Assembly (NCBI RefSeq): GCF_037042905.1
Contig: NC_087251.1
Span: 34,536,001 to 34,600,000 of the forward strand
Origin: Lytechinus pictus
Lineage: Eukaryota
Direction of reading: 5' to 3'
Length of the DNA stretch: 64,000 nt
In this document: one piece after another, positions 39,901-53,600 of the stretch
Position numbering within the stretch: the stretch's first letter is position 1
Layout of the letters: every line of letters begins with the position of its first letter
Translations under genes and position numbers: made by a program
The notes under the pieces: generated by a model
Databases searched by the model: none
What the model saw: only the letters and a program-made list of their open reading frames with translations
Told to the model about the DNA's origin: nothing

Positions 39901-42900
39901 AAGAGCATTAAAACCTTTCATATAAACTAGAAAACAAAGATAAAATATTTCCAGGAAGATACCATGGATGAAGTCTCATGAACATACATTACGGAATTTC
40001 CAAACTTCTTGTATTTGATTCTGCTTGAAATGACATCGACACTTCATATCTCATTTTTGTTTTATTGCATATGGTTCACCATGAAACCACTGCATAATAT
40101 AACATAATTTCCACACTTCCACTTTGCCAACAAATCAAAGAGATGGCCTTGTTTAGTTTTGTTATAAGCTGTTTAGATTATATTAAGAAAAAGGTTATTT
40201 CCTATCCTGCTTTGCTTATTCTTATGTGAATACACTAGTCCCACTCTTACCATTTTGAGTAAGTATCTCTCAAGACTGGCCACAGTAGTAAGAGGTTCCA
40301 TCTTCAACGTTCTCCCAGTTCTATCAATGAGGGCAGTCTCTCCGGTAGCTCTTTCCAATCTGAACCTCAGCCTACGTGTAAGAACCTGAATCGCGAAAAA
40401 AATCATTTTAATGATTTAACATGAAATCTTTAAATAGGTACATGATTATGAACACTCATATGCAGGGAAACTTGAGCCGATTGTATAAAAAGAAATGCAA
40501 AATAACATCTATAACAATATTTTGAAATAGCTAAGTTACAAAACATGTTAATAATAACAATAGATTTGACAACTTGAAACAGACAGTATCTAACAGAATG
40601 GAACACAAACCCTTCCAAAAAAGAAGGCAGACTGAGTTAAACAAATGATACCGACTCTCACGTCTTGTAATATTAAGACCACCTGAGAGATTCAATTTGT
40701 TTGAAACACATTTTTTTTGCATTACCCTGTAAAATGAATACTGCATACAAAGAAACTAGATGTTTATTTTCCTTCATGATAATTAATTTCTACTTGAAGA
40801 GGTATTAATTGTTTTCTTCTTCAAGAAATTTACACACATTGTGCTGCACTTAACCCAGGTGAGGTGAATGGCTACCTGGTAAGATTAAACCTTGAGTGTA
40901 CTAAGCACTGGACAATGCCATAATAGTGCACCTCGGAATAGATTATATCTAAATAGATGGCACTATATAAATGCCTATTATCATAATCCTAATTAATTAT
41001 AATATGCTCACCTGAAGACCATAGCTAGAACCAGCAGAGTCATAGATAAACAGAGGAAGCCTCTCAATTGATTCAAGAACGGCTACCAGCTTGCGTACCA
41101 GCATCACAGAAGGAGACACACCACTGTAACAATTAAAAACAATTCATGAGACAGAAATAAATATCAAGGTCTTTTTCGTAAGGTATAAAAAAAGTAATTT
41201 TGTTTATTTTGGAAACTTTCAAAGCATTCATGAATACATATTAAAGGGTATGAGTTCCTAGCATAACGTCATCTTCTCATTTCAAACTAATAAGATGTAG
41301 AATGTACCTAACATTCTATTGCTGGGAAGTATTTAAGAAAAAAAAAATCTTTCAAAAAATAAAAAATAAAATGCCTAACTTGATTTTCTTATATCAAAGA
41401 AATCTGAATGGGGATCTGTTGCAGTTTTCAATGTGATTTCATGACTGCTATGCATATCGGCAGGTGTAATTATTCTATCACTCCTATTAATATCAATTGA
41501 GAGTGCCGGGGCAAGATTCTGGAGACCTTTTATCTCTCTTTTTACCATTTTCTATTTCATTCTTTTCCCCCTATTTTTTGTTTTTTACTGGTTTATGCTC
41601 AAGTTGTCATTTTGTGTGTTTTTTGTTTCGTTTTGGTTTATACTATTTACAAGCATATTTTTATTAGGAGGCTGCACCCTACAAGCTCCGCTTTTTAGCA
41701 GCCTCCTCCGTTTCCAACCTAATATGATAATCGTAACTATAATTTTGTACGTTAAAAATGCTATATTTCATTGCTTATATGTACTGTATTATAATGATTA
41801 TTGTACGAAGAAAAATGTAATAATTGAAAATGGAATTAAATGATATTATTTGGGTACTTACCCATCTTCATCATTGGTATCCCTGAAAGCTGATTTGAAC
41901 AGTGCAACCCTCTCCTTGATATATCGGTCATGAAGAGCTACATGATCATAGCCCTAAAAAAAAAAAATCAGGTAAAATTTATCAATTTATATGACTTCAT
42001 GCACTTAAAAAAGTAAGGGGGCATTCCTAAAAAACTTATGTTCTTGATTCATGTTCACTTGCAACTAGACTTTCTTACAACACCCCATAACGCTCGATTA
42101 TAAAAGTTACACTTGCTTTGCAATCATCGGAACCATGTGAAGTGAAAATGAAAGATATCATTGGCATGGTAAAAGGTAGAGATTTTTTTGAACTGACTGC
42201 TAAGAAAGCATGAACGCTTGTAAGCAAGCAACAAGAGGACCGATGGCTTAAGATCCTCTCTCAGGGACCTGGTAATGAGGATTTAAATGCCTTACCAAAG
42301 GGCACTAGCGCACCAATTTGGAATTGAACCCGGGTCACCGGAATACGAAACCCATGCACTACTGAGCTGTGGCGCCCCCTGTATCATACTGAATAGTTTG
42401 AATTATCACTTGAATTAAATTCAAACGAACTGAACTGATATGTTTACTTCATATAAAAAAAAGAGTGAAAACAAAAACTAAAAGCTTACATCACTAAGGC
42501 AGTAGAGCAGGGCCTGCACGAGACCGCTGCTGTGTAACTCATATGCTGAGATGTTGTTCTCCTCTCGAAGAAGGCAGGTCAAACTCTCGAGGGCGGCCTT
42601 CATCTCTTCCATCCAGCCCTGTTCTTCATCAATCCCCTGTGGAGCAAAGAAAATACGGCATAATGAAAACGTGTATTGCAAATTGTGAATTAAGATTGCA
42701 ATCAATAATGGTGTCTATTATGAATTCTTAATCTTGAGAGCAATTACAGCAGTTTATTGATGACTTTGGGTAGCCAAACATTTTCTTCTTTTCATAAATG
42801 TTCCTATTTTGAATTCTTAAAATATAAAGGGTAAGGGTTGTGATATGAGGGGACAGTTTTAATTTTTTGGTGCATAATTTTGATAACAGAGCTTATAGTT

Positions 42901-45900
42901 AGTGTGCAGATTTAAGGTTAAATTTAATTTGGGCTTAAAAAATATGTAGATTTTCAATGTGGCAAGTTTCGTTGGAGCAAATGTCACTAATTTGCTGAAG
43001 AAATTGTGAGAATCATAAATGGTGACAAATTGGTAAATATTCGCCCAAAGGGGGAAGTTAGAATCCATGCCATCCCGCACGTGCCAAATTCTGAACAGAA
43101 AAATGAAATCTTGAGTATAAATAAAGTTACGTAAACTGAGGAATACAACTCTCTTCCATAGTGCTAGACATGTTCTGTTCTACCTGTTTTGTACTCGTTC
43201 TGCGGCTTTATATGTTTTTGTCTCTTCTCAAAAGGGGAGCAAACAAGACCAATACTGTGAATGGTCTTTCATTGACTGTCTGAATAGCTAGCTGCACTTG
43301 AAATGTACCTTTTCAGTTAATTTATTTATAATATAGTGTACAAATTAGACAATGGTTTTATTTTTATAGTCAAATTACAACATTTGAAAGAGAAAAAGTG
43401 CTTTTTTTGCGACCTGGTAACATTATTGCTGCAGTATGGATGTATTGATTAGTGTTGCCAATCAAGTGGGCCTATATTTAAAGACTACACCAGTGCAGAA
43501 TGTTACATTATGGTTAAGGAACCTGAATAGATATAAGTGGTTGAGGACTTCAGGTGCTGGTTCTATTTGCTTTCAAGACAAAGACACCTTCATATACCCG
43601 TGTCCAGAGGACATATACTCATGACAATGAATGAAGAGATTATAATCACGCTTAACAACTTCCTGTACAGTTCAAAGGTGTGATCAGTTTTGATCTCCCT
43701 ATTTACATTGTCATACAATGATAGCTTCTTACCAGGAAGTGACAATCCTTTGTCCTTCGGGATATTTTGAAATCATGTTAAAAAGAAGAAGGCCTGCATG
43801 TAACTTCCCAGATAAGGAGTTAATGCAGCATCCTACCAGAATAAGGGGGGGTGGGGCACTTAATAAAATGCTTACTTATTGAGTTTCACTGACAAATAAT
43901 AGTTATAAGCTACTGGAATCCTTGCATCTGATTGGCAGAGAATAAATCAGTCGGTGAAAATCACTGACGGTTTGCTTCATGTAACACTCCAATAACCACC
44001 ATCTACCAGCATATCAATACAAAAAGCTCTTTGTTCCCTTTGTCTCTTAGGTAAGGTACATGCACCGCAACAGTGTTTTATCTCAGGTAGATTACCCACC
44101 CCACACAAAGACTGAACATCCTGGTGTCCGTATCTTGTTTTTCCACCAATTTTAAAGGGTTCTGGAATGGCACAACACCTACCTTTTTTATTCACAACTA
44201 GTCCTCCATTTATGACTATCTTGCAAATGAACTCAATGACTCAACTCAAGAAAAATGAAATATTCAACGAGGGGCTAATTTACTAGTTTATTCCAAATTA
44301 CATCTAATATTGATCCTTATATCACTTTTTGTAAACTCTTTAAATGAATATTTAGAATTTTTCCAGTCCATTATTATACTGTTATCTATTCCAATTTTTG
44401 TTTTTTAATTTCTAATGTAATTTGTTCAATTTGTTTATTTACCATTTTATTATTATTAGTAGTAGTAGTATCATTATTCTTTCATTGAATCATCCATCCG
44501 ACCATTCATTCATTCATTTATTGCTATTTTTTACATATTAAGTTATTCATCATGACGGTTTTATCTTTTTGGTGGTGGTGGTTGTGAAGGGGGTGCAGCA
44601 ATTCACCCTCTGCCTCATTTTTTTCTTCAATGTCTCACCTTGATGGGGTCATTGTAGAGGTCACATCCAGCCTCTAGCTGCTGGACGATAGAGTTGAGTT
44701 TGGCTACTACATCCCGAGGATGGGACTCTGCAACCTTGAAGTAACCTTCATACAGCTCACGGGCAAGTGCCTTAACCTGAGCCGAAACAAGACGCAACAA
44801 ATATAATCACATCAAAACAGATTTCTTTCATTTTATAAGATCATATTTTCAATGGAATTGAGGGCCAAAGAAGGTGCGTTTGTGTTGCGACCCCCATCAG
44901 AAACTCATCCTGTGAATCCCTCTACCACATTACACACCTTGTACTTCTACTTTTGTAATGACACAAAAGAAGATTTGCAATGGAATATATCCCTGTCGTA
45001 AAAATATATAAAGCAATTACCAATATCAATTTGTTTATTACATACTTGATTGTATTAGATTTATACCCTCATGTATTTGATTATATCATGTCAAAATTAA
45101 AGATTAAAGAATTTACCATTGTCTCAATATATACACCAGGAAACAAAATATTGAAATATCTTTTATGACTCTGTAAACCTCTAAAGAATATGCATGGATG
45201 CCCATAATAAAAGAAATTACCAGCAGAACAAAATTAAATCAATGTCAAAATAACAAGATTTTATTTTGAATCATGAAAACTGTCTTTTTAAAAAGTATTG
45301 AAAGACAAAAATATGGAAGTTTCTACATAACAAGGAAATTTATAGGAAAGTAGCTATCCATTCCTATAGACTTCCACAAGCAAAGTGATTTTGTAAAGTG
45401 TACATGGTAGCATTTTCTGGAGAATATCACATTTATCAAAAACTCAGTTTTGAACTAAACCTACCTTTTGTTGGACTTGTTCCAGTTTTGATCTGAATCT
45501 CCTTCCTCTCTTACCGGTCCAACCGGTAGAAAACTCTGGACCAAGCGAGGTCTCAGCGATGAAAGAATGCTTGGTCCCACGATTGGACTCGAAGATGAAT
45601 CCAGCTAGGTCCTCCCTCAAGACTGTTGCCTGTTGCTGTAAAAATCAACATAATAATGTTGAAGGAAAATGAGGATGGCAAAATACAGTGATATACTCTT
45701 ACCATCTAGATAGAAATTTTCAATCATTCTAAAATGACTGGACTCTACTTTTTCATTTCAAATTGATTATCACTTCTTTCGATTTGGAAGATAATGTGCA
45801 AGTGTTTCTTTGGAAAGTGACAAAAATATGAAAAAGCAATAAAAGAGTTCACATATTAAGGACACTCTCCAATAATTGCATCAAAAATTATTTTAGACCA

Positions 45901-48900
45901 CATATTGTATGTCAGCTTGTGGAAGAGATTGGAAACTTGTAACACCTTACAAATAATTAGGGTAGGTTTCGACAATTAAAAGAAAAAATATTAGTGTATT
46001 ACAGAATACTAAAGTGTGTAACTTCATCAATATTCTTTGTGTGCATTTCAGCATTTTAATGATGACATGAAAGAAGAGCATGATGAAAAACCACCACACA
46101 CCATATTTGACATAAACTGGTTCATGGTGGTGAAAAGGTATCACCAAATGAAAACTTAATAGGTCCCCCTTATATTTGTAAAATTGCTTTGGTCATAACT
46201 GTTTGGAATCAGGCCAATTCTCACTGATTCCAATGGGGCTAATGAGGTATTCATATGGCCACATCTTACCACCCCCCCCCCCCCACATAACTAGGCTTTA
46301 TGGCATGCATCTGTAATCCAAGTTATGTAGGGAAATTACAAATTAATGCAGAGGTTCAGGATTCAAGGAGCCCTGGTCGAGTATTTCGGATGGTGACATT
46401 AAAGGTCAGTTCCAGACGTAAATAATCGTATCTGATTGATATACCTCTAAAACATCTCAATTACACCACCCAGACCGATGTTTTTATCATGCTCTGCAAG
46501 ATACGGTAAAAAATAACTGCAGAACTACATGAGGGATGATCTATTCTTTTCATGAACTTACCTGTTGCCCATCTGAGTTATGGATGACCAGTTCACCTTC
46601 CTTCTTGCATTGCAAAGTCCAGTTACCGACGACGAGCTTGGTAGGACCGGGTGTGGAGAGGATAGGTTGGGTCTGGATAGCTGGCATCACTTGACTCCGG
46701 GCACGCTGTAACTTCTCAAGGAACTCACTGCGGCTCTCTGAGTGAAGAAATAGGAAAAGATGATGATGTCAGGTGCCACATGACAGATAGACTACTGCCT
46801 ATAGGCATTGCACTGCTTCTATGCAATTTTCAAACAAGTTCATCATCATTTAAAGAATCATTTGGGCATTGTGTCATACTTTTGGTAGCACCTCACCTCA
46901 GCTATTAGGTATTGCATTACCTGTAAAAAGCAATTTTCACCTCCCCACCCCCCCAAAAAAGATCCATCCATCATTTAAAAATCCTTTAACAGCCACACCA
47001 CACTGTTAATACTGATTTTCAAAGCATCTTACCTATACAATTATCACCTAAAAAATGCATCCATCATCCTTTGATAATTGTATCTCACCTGAGCTATCAG
47101 ATCCTCCCTCAGGACTACCGCTGGAGTACATGGTTGCCAATTTTCCATCAAGGATAAACCTGAACCAGCCGTTACTGCCGTTGGAGAGTTCCAGGGCGGC
47201 AGCGTCGCTCCAGATATAGAGACAGTCCCGCCCCCTGGCAAGGCACCAGTCTTTCCAGCTGTAAGGTCGACCTGACACAACCTCCTTAGAATCATCCATC
47301 CTCTGTTGCTGGGGTTGCTGCTGTGGTGACTGCTGCTGGTGTTGTTGCTGTTGTTGTTGCTGCTGCATATGTTGATGGTGTTGCTGTTGCTGTAGTTGGT
47401 GGTGGTGATCATCAGGGATCTCCTGAAAATACATCAACATCATCCAATTTTTGTCAAAGGTATTCATAAGGTTCACAAGAACATGACTGTACTGTCTACA
47501 AGATTAATGTAGAAGCAAATTATCTTGGTCCTCAAGACTTGAGCTGACCTTGGCTGATTGATATGCTAAATAAATATAATCAAATTTAATTCAAAGTCTT
47601 TTAAAGGAGAAACAAAAATTAAAACCTTTCCATTTTAATCATAAATTTTATCTTAATAGTCCTTTCTTTATAAATTGTTAAGTGCATATTACAAATCATA
47701 GAGAAATAAGTAAAACACATTAGACCAAAGTTTACATGATGACAAACATATACAATTTAGAAAAAAAGTAGACTTGTTGCAGAGGAGACGAGTCCAACGT
47801 AAGAAGCCTTCATTATTAATATCAAATCAATTGTATTAACATTATCAAAGTTTCTATTTATCACTTCAGTTCAACTAGATTGTAAAAAGTTATAATCACA
47901 ATTAACTCACCCTTTTGACTTGGGCAGTGGCTCCTTCTTCTTCCCTCTCATCATCGATGGGTCCAACGAGGGACGACACCTTGCTGAATACACCTAGTCT
48001 GGCAAAGTGGTCCAAGAACAGGTCCTGGCCCTTGTACATTAGATCTTGAATGATTTGAAGGGCTGTCAGGTGACCCTCATCATCATCCTGTCAAGCGGAA
48101 AGACAAATATGAAATGTTCATGCAATGTGCTTTATATATATATTCAACTTTCATTTACTATTTTAGAAAATTCATCTTTGATTTCTATATCCTCATTACA
48201 TTCATTAAAACCTATTTCTAAGCACAAGTAGGTGGTGGGTGAATAAAATAGATCAATGTTAAATATAAAGTCAAAGGGCATGATATTGGTATGAGGTATC
48301 AGGTACCAAGGTTGAAGATGATATATATCGTTATCTTTTTGAACATCACTCTATTCCTCGCCTTCAGCTCTTCTTTCTTTTTCTCTATTATCCCCACCTC
48401 CTAGTTGAACTCCACTATTACAACCTCATCAAAATCATCATTATCATCATCATCATCGCCTTCTGCATCAATCATCAGCAGCAGCATCATCATTAGCAGC
48501 ATTATCATCGACAGCAACATCATCATCATCAGTATCACCATCATCATCAATCACCAATTACCATCACCATCATCATCACCATAATCATCACCATCATTAC
48601 CATCATCATCATCATCATCCTTATCATCACCATCATCATCATCCTTATCATCATCATTATCATCATCATCACATCATCATCATCATCACTACCACCTCCA
48701 CCACCACCAGTTTGTACTACGCTGACAATGTTTACCTCATGATCTAAGACGGCTGCCAATACTTCAACCAAGATCGGCGTGAATCCTAATAGGTCTCCTG
48801 AGCAGATCTCACATAAAAGCCTGGACGGTGCATAGTGGATCATCTTACGTATAAGAGCTAAGGTGGCTTTCCTGTTAAGGAATAACAAAGACAATTTATT

Positions 48901-50229
48901 AGCTCAGATAATGTAGGAGGAAATTCCTTAAATGCTCATGCGCCCGATCAGTGTAGCCATGCTTAATCCGGGGTAATAATATGCAGTTCTTAGAAAAATT
49001 GCATGAAACGCTATAGAAGTGTTGCATATTGTTATTATCATTAATGTGTTCATATACAATAATTAAAAAATCCATGAAGGGGCAGAGTGAATTCATTGAA
49101 TCATGATACATTCCTTCAACTATCACTGACTTTCAATTTCCCATTGTAACAAGTTTAAAAAGCCTATATCAAAATACACCATGCGCATTCCAATTTTGTG
49201 CAAACCTCCAAATCAAAAAAGTTTTCTTCTTGATTATGGAATCAACATGCCAAAAGGTCCCAAAGTTCATTATTTTTAGGGCAAGGCCACTTTTCCGAAG
49301 GGCACATTTTTATATTACAGCTTAAGTTATAAAGGAAAAATAGGGAAAAGGTAAAATAAATCTTTAAGGCCAATGAAAGGGGCATCAAAGCCATAACCTT
49401 CAATGTGCTTTTAAAAAAATCAAATGGTTTATTATGACCATTCAAAGTATCAAAAGCAAAACACAAAAACATGTATGGTTATCAAAGACTGAAAAATTAG
49501 ATATCATGCTTTTGTTACTTTTTAAGAGGAGACAGTCCTTCCTTAACAGGATCAAATTATGTCAATCAATTAAAAAAAGTCAAAATAAACAACTCAGAAT
49601 TGCAGTAAACAGGCTTGGAATGGGAGTTACAAATGACAAATTCAAACAATATAACTCTATTATTTATATGCAGTTTGATTCACTTAATTTATGGTTGATA
49701 CTTGGTATTGTTCTGCTCTACTAGTTTCTGTCATAAGACTGTCAATGAAATGTAACTTAAGTATTGTTAACAGGTCACATCTCATCAAACACGACATAAA
49801 AGGAAAACATACTGTTGAAGTAATCTAAATCTAACTTCAGTTCCTAAGTTACTCCCATGTTAATCATCTGTGTCCCTGTTTGTTGTGTTTTACTATAAAT
49901 GTCAATCATACAAGCATTAGGGTTGTGAATAGGATACGGACACAATGGATGGCCTTGTTTATAATGTCACACCTATGATCATGTGCCAACAATTACTTCC
50001 TGCTCTCTCTAGCTCTCTCCCTCTCTTACTCTGTCTGTCTCTTCCTCTCTTTCTCTATCTCACTGTGTCTGTCTCTTTATTTCCATCTTTTCCTCGTTCT
50101 CTCTAATATTCCCTCTCCCCTTCCCAATCTGTGTGTACATGTCTGTCTGTCTGGGTGTGTGTGTGTGTCTTTCTTTCTTCCTCTTTCTCTAACACTCTCT
50201 TAGACACATACTCCCTCTTAACCTCCCTC

Positions 50230-50274
<45 letters not shown>

Positions 50275-50616
50275 TTGTCCCTCTGTCTTTCTTTGTCTCT
50301 GTATCTTCATCTTCCTCTCTATATTAACTCTCTTTCACACACATATTCTCTACCCATCTCCCTCTATTTTTCTCTGTCTGTCTCTCACTCGCGCCCTCTC
50401 AATGGTCTGTTTTGGGGATCGAGCCTTTTCCGTTTTCGCTCCAATCCAGTGGAATAAATTACCATCTTACATCCATAATGCCAACTCCCTTGATCAATTT
50501 AAGACCTTGCTAAAGACCCACCTTTTTAATGTATAGGTATCAGTTGTGGGTTGGTCTATATTGAGGTGCACATCTTAGTTGCATTTGTTTGTTTAAAATT
50601 TTGCTTTGAATATATC

Positions 50617-50647
<31 letters not shown>

Positions 50648-53600
50648 CCCGGTAATTTAGTTGATAGGCAGAAAACTGAGCGCTTAGAAACACCTGTATT
50701 AAGCGCCCTACAAATGTTATAATTATTATTATTATTATTTTGATAGGAAACACGTGCGTGTGTTCAGTGACTGTGCATCCTCTGTCTGTGATCACTATCA
50801 AGGCCCCGTCTAACAAAGAGTTACGATTGATCTGATCCATCGTAACTTTATGGAATCCAACAATGTCATGATTTTTTCTTCAGGAGATTTGTTTGATGTC
50901 CTTTGAAAACAAAATCAAGCATACTGAATTGTCAAGAAAACAGATAATGTATGAGTATACATCATTTCCAGTAATAATTTTGAACAAACATGTATTTTAG
51001 ATGTTGACATTGCTGGCCTTCCATAGTTGCGATAGATCAGATCATTTGTAAGACGGGCCCCTGATTAACTTGAAAGCTTGCAAATTATTACAGACATACT
51101 GCATGAAGCAGCTAAAACCAGTCACGTTGACGTAATGAAGATATATTTGTCTACCTGTTATCCTCTAGAACAGGTGAGGTTTTGTTTTAGAGGTAAGCAG
51201 GTCTTGTATATCATGGGAACACAATAAGGATCAAAACTGAATATAACATTGACAAAAATACTTGAATTTCAAAACAAGGACTGCGAAACATCCATTGCAA
51301 TTCTACATGAAATTTAATTATATACAATTTCAAAATTGCATTACATTATTGCTTTTCCATTAATACTCAATATTTATACCTTAACATCAATTTCTAGAAG
51401 CTAGAATAAAAAGAGCGGAAGTTCAGGAGACAGGAACCATGCATATTACACACTAAAAGAAAGATTTAAATTAAAAAAATATTGAACTTGGGGGCAATCT
51501 CAAAGAGAGAAAGAAAGAGTGTGAGAGATTGAAATTGAAAAAAAAATGTACAGAATTAGACGGAAAAAAAGACCCAGTAGAGTATGCAAATAATGCATAA
51601 AACTGGAATTAATAGGAAAAAAAGAAGAGTAGAAATTGGAGAAGGAGAAATAAAAGGAGACGAAGAAAGACAGATAATGAGAATAGACAGAGGAGATTTG
51701 AGTATGAGCACTAACCTGACTGAAGGCATCATGGTGTTGTTGTAGACTTGAGCAAAGATAGGCAGCATTTTCCTGAGGTATACAGGGGCCATCTCAGGGT
51801 CTCCCTTGGGCTCCCGGTCTCCATCCTCTGGTTTGATCTCCTCCGGGCTGGTGATGGTAGACTCTGTGGCTGATGATACCGGAACCATCCATTCACCTTA
51901 GGGTAGGATATAGGACAGGACATAGAAATGAGGGCATGGGACTGTAATTATTAAATTACTTCACCAGAACACCAAGACAGAACATGGGAATGACTGGATA
52001 GCACTGTGGAATGATTTTCCTGAGGTTTACAAGGGCCATCTTGTGGTTTTCTTAGGTTCCCTATCTCAATCTTCTTGCCTCATGCTGTGGATAATGAAAC
52101 TGGCACCATCCACTAACTTTCAAGTACAGAATAGGATATATATAGGTGTAAATGCACAGGACTGTAAAAATAATTGCATCATCTTTTGATCAAGGGAGCA
52201 TTTCATGAAACAATAAGTGATTTCAAAGAAAATTGTTAAAAGCTACTGAAATCCTTGCATCTGATTGGCTCACAGCAAAGAAGTCAGTGAAATCACTGAC
52301 AAGATGCTTCATGAAACACTCCCCTGATTATTCCAATCAATTTTCTTTGACTGACGTGAAACATTTCAATAAATAACTTCCCTACAAAAAAACAGGAAAA
52401 CCTGATTTTTTTTCATCATCAAACATCACCACCCCAACTTATACCTTAAAAACTAAAGTAACCCATTTCTTTACGGCATTTTACCTGGAGATTGAAGAAT
52501 TTGCATGACCTCACGATGACCTTCATCGTTTCTTTCCCTGGCCTTGTCCAAAGGGGTTTTGCCATCTTCATCCCTTAGATCAGGATTAGCACCATGACGA
52601 AGCAGGGTCTTATATTCAAAGAAGGAAAATGATAAATAGAAGAAAATGGTTTCTTTTTCTGGTCTCGACAAGACATGAGATGACTCAGTAAAAGTTTAGA
52701 TTTGGATATACAGTGTAGCAAACAGCTTAAAATGAAAATATACTGACAACTGATGATGCTGGCAATGAAGTGGAAAGTGCAAGAAATTTGACAACAGACT
52801 TTATTCAAACACTAATAAAGTAATTAAATTACTGTCAGTGTTATCTGTGATGACTGATACATTCATGACAAAATGCATAATATAAAACAATTTTTAATAT
52901 GAACGGAAACATCGCAAGAGGGGAGGGTGTCTCATCCATAATCCATAGTAGAACACTATAAACTGTGAACAAATTGTAGGAGGGGTGGTGGAATCTCATT
53001 AATAGACAAGTATTTTTTTATATGAATCAAACATAGGGAGTGTATAATGGACAAAGAGTAATATTATCATTACCCTAACAGAGGGGGGAGGGGTGGCTGA
53101 TTCATAAAATTGTTTATTTTGAACATGAAGTTCAGGAAGGGGTAAGCACATGTTGCAGAAGTCTGTCTGATTCACTGAAGAATAACATTAACCTCACATA
53201 GGGAGCTGAAAGGTGTGTGTGGGGGGGGGGGGAGGGGTAATGATCGAGTTCATACAAGAGTCCAAGCCAAGGAAACTATTAATCTTACATCAAGGATGGG
53301 GTGTGATTTGATTTCTAGAAGAGTATCATAAACAATACATAGGGGTATGTACTGATTCATTAAAGGAGGGTGGGGCAAGGGGAGGGGCCAAGGGGGACAA
53401 TGACCCAATAATTCATTGAAGAGTTCAGGGTCCTGTTGCATAGAAGTAACCATTATGGTAACTTTTGCCATCCAATGGTAACTACCATGGTAACAATGCT
53501 CAATAGCCAATCAAAACAAAGGATTCCATGAAATATATAATTGGAAGCCACATTTACTATAACAGTAACTTCTATGCAATGGGGCCCATAACTACACATG

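Noticed and set aside
42300..42379. tRNA gene
   Set aside because: It has A/B-box-like motifs but no complete cloverleaf, and it continues into a SINE-type body
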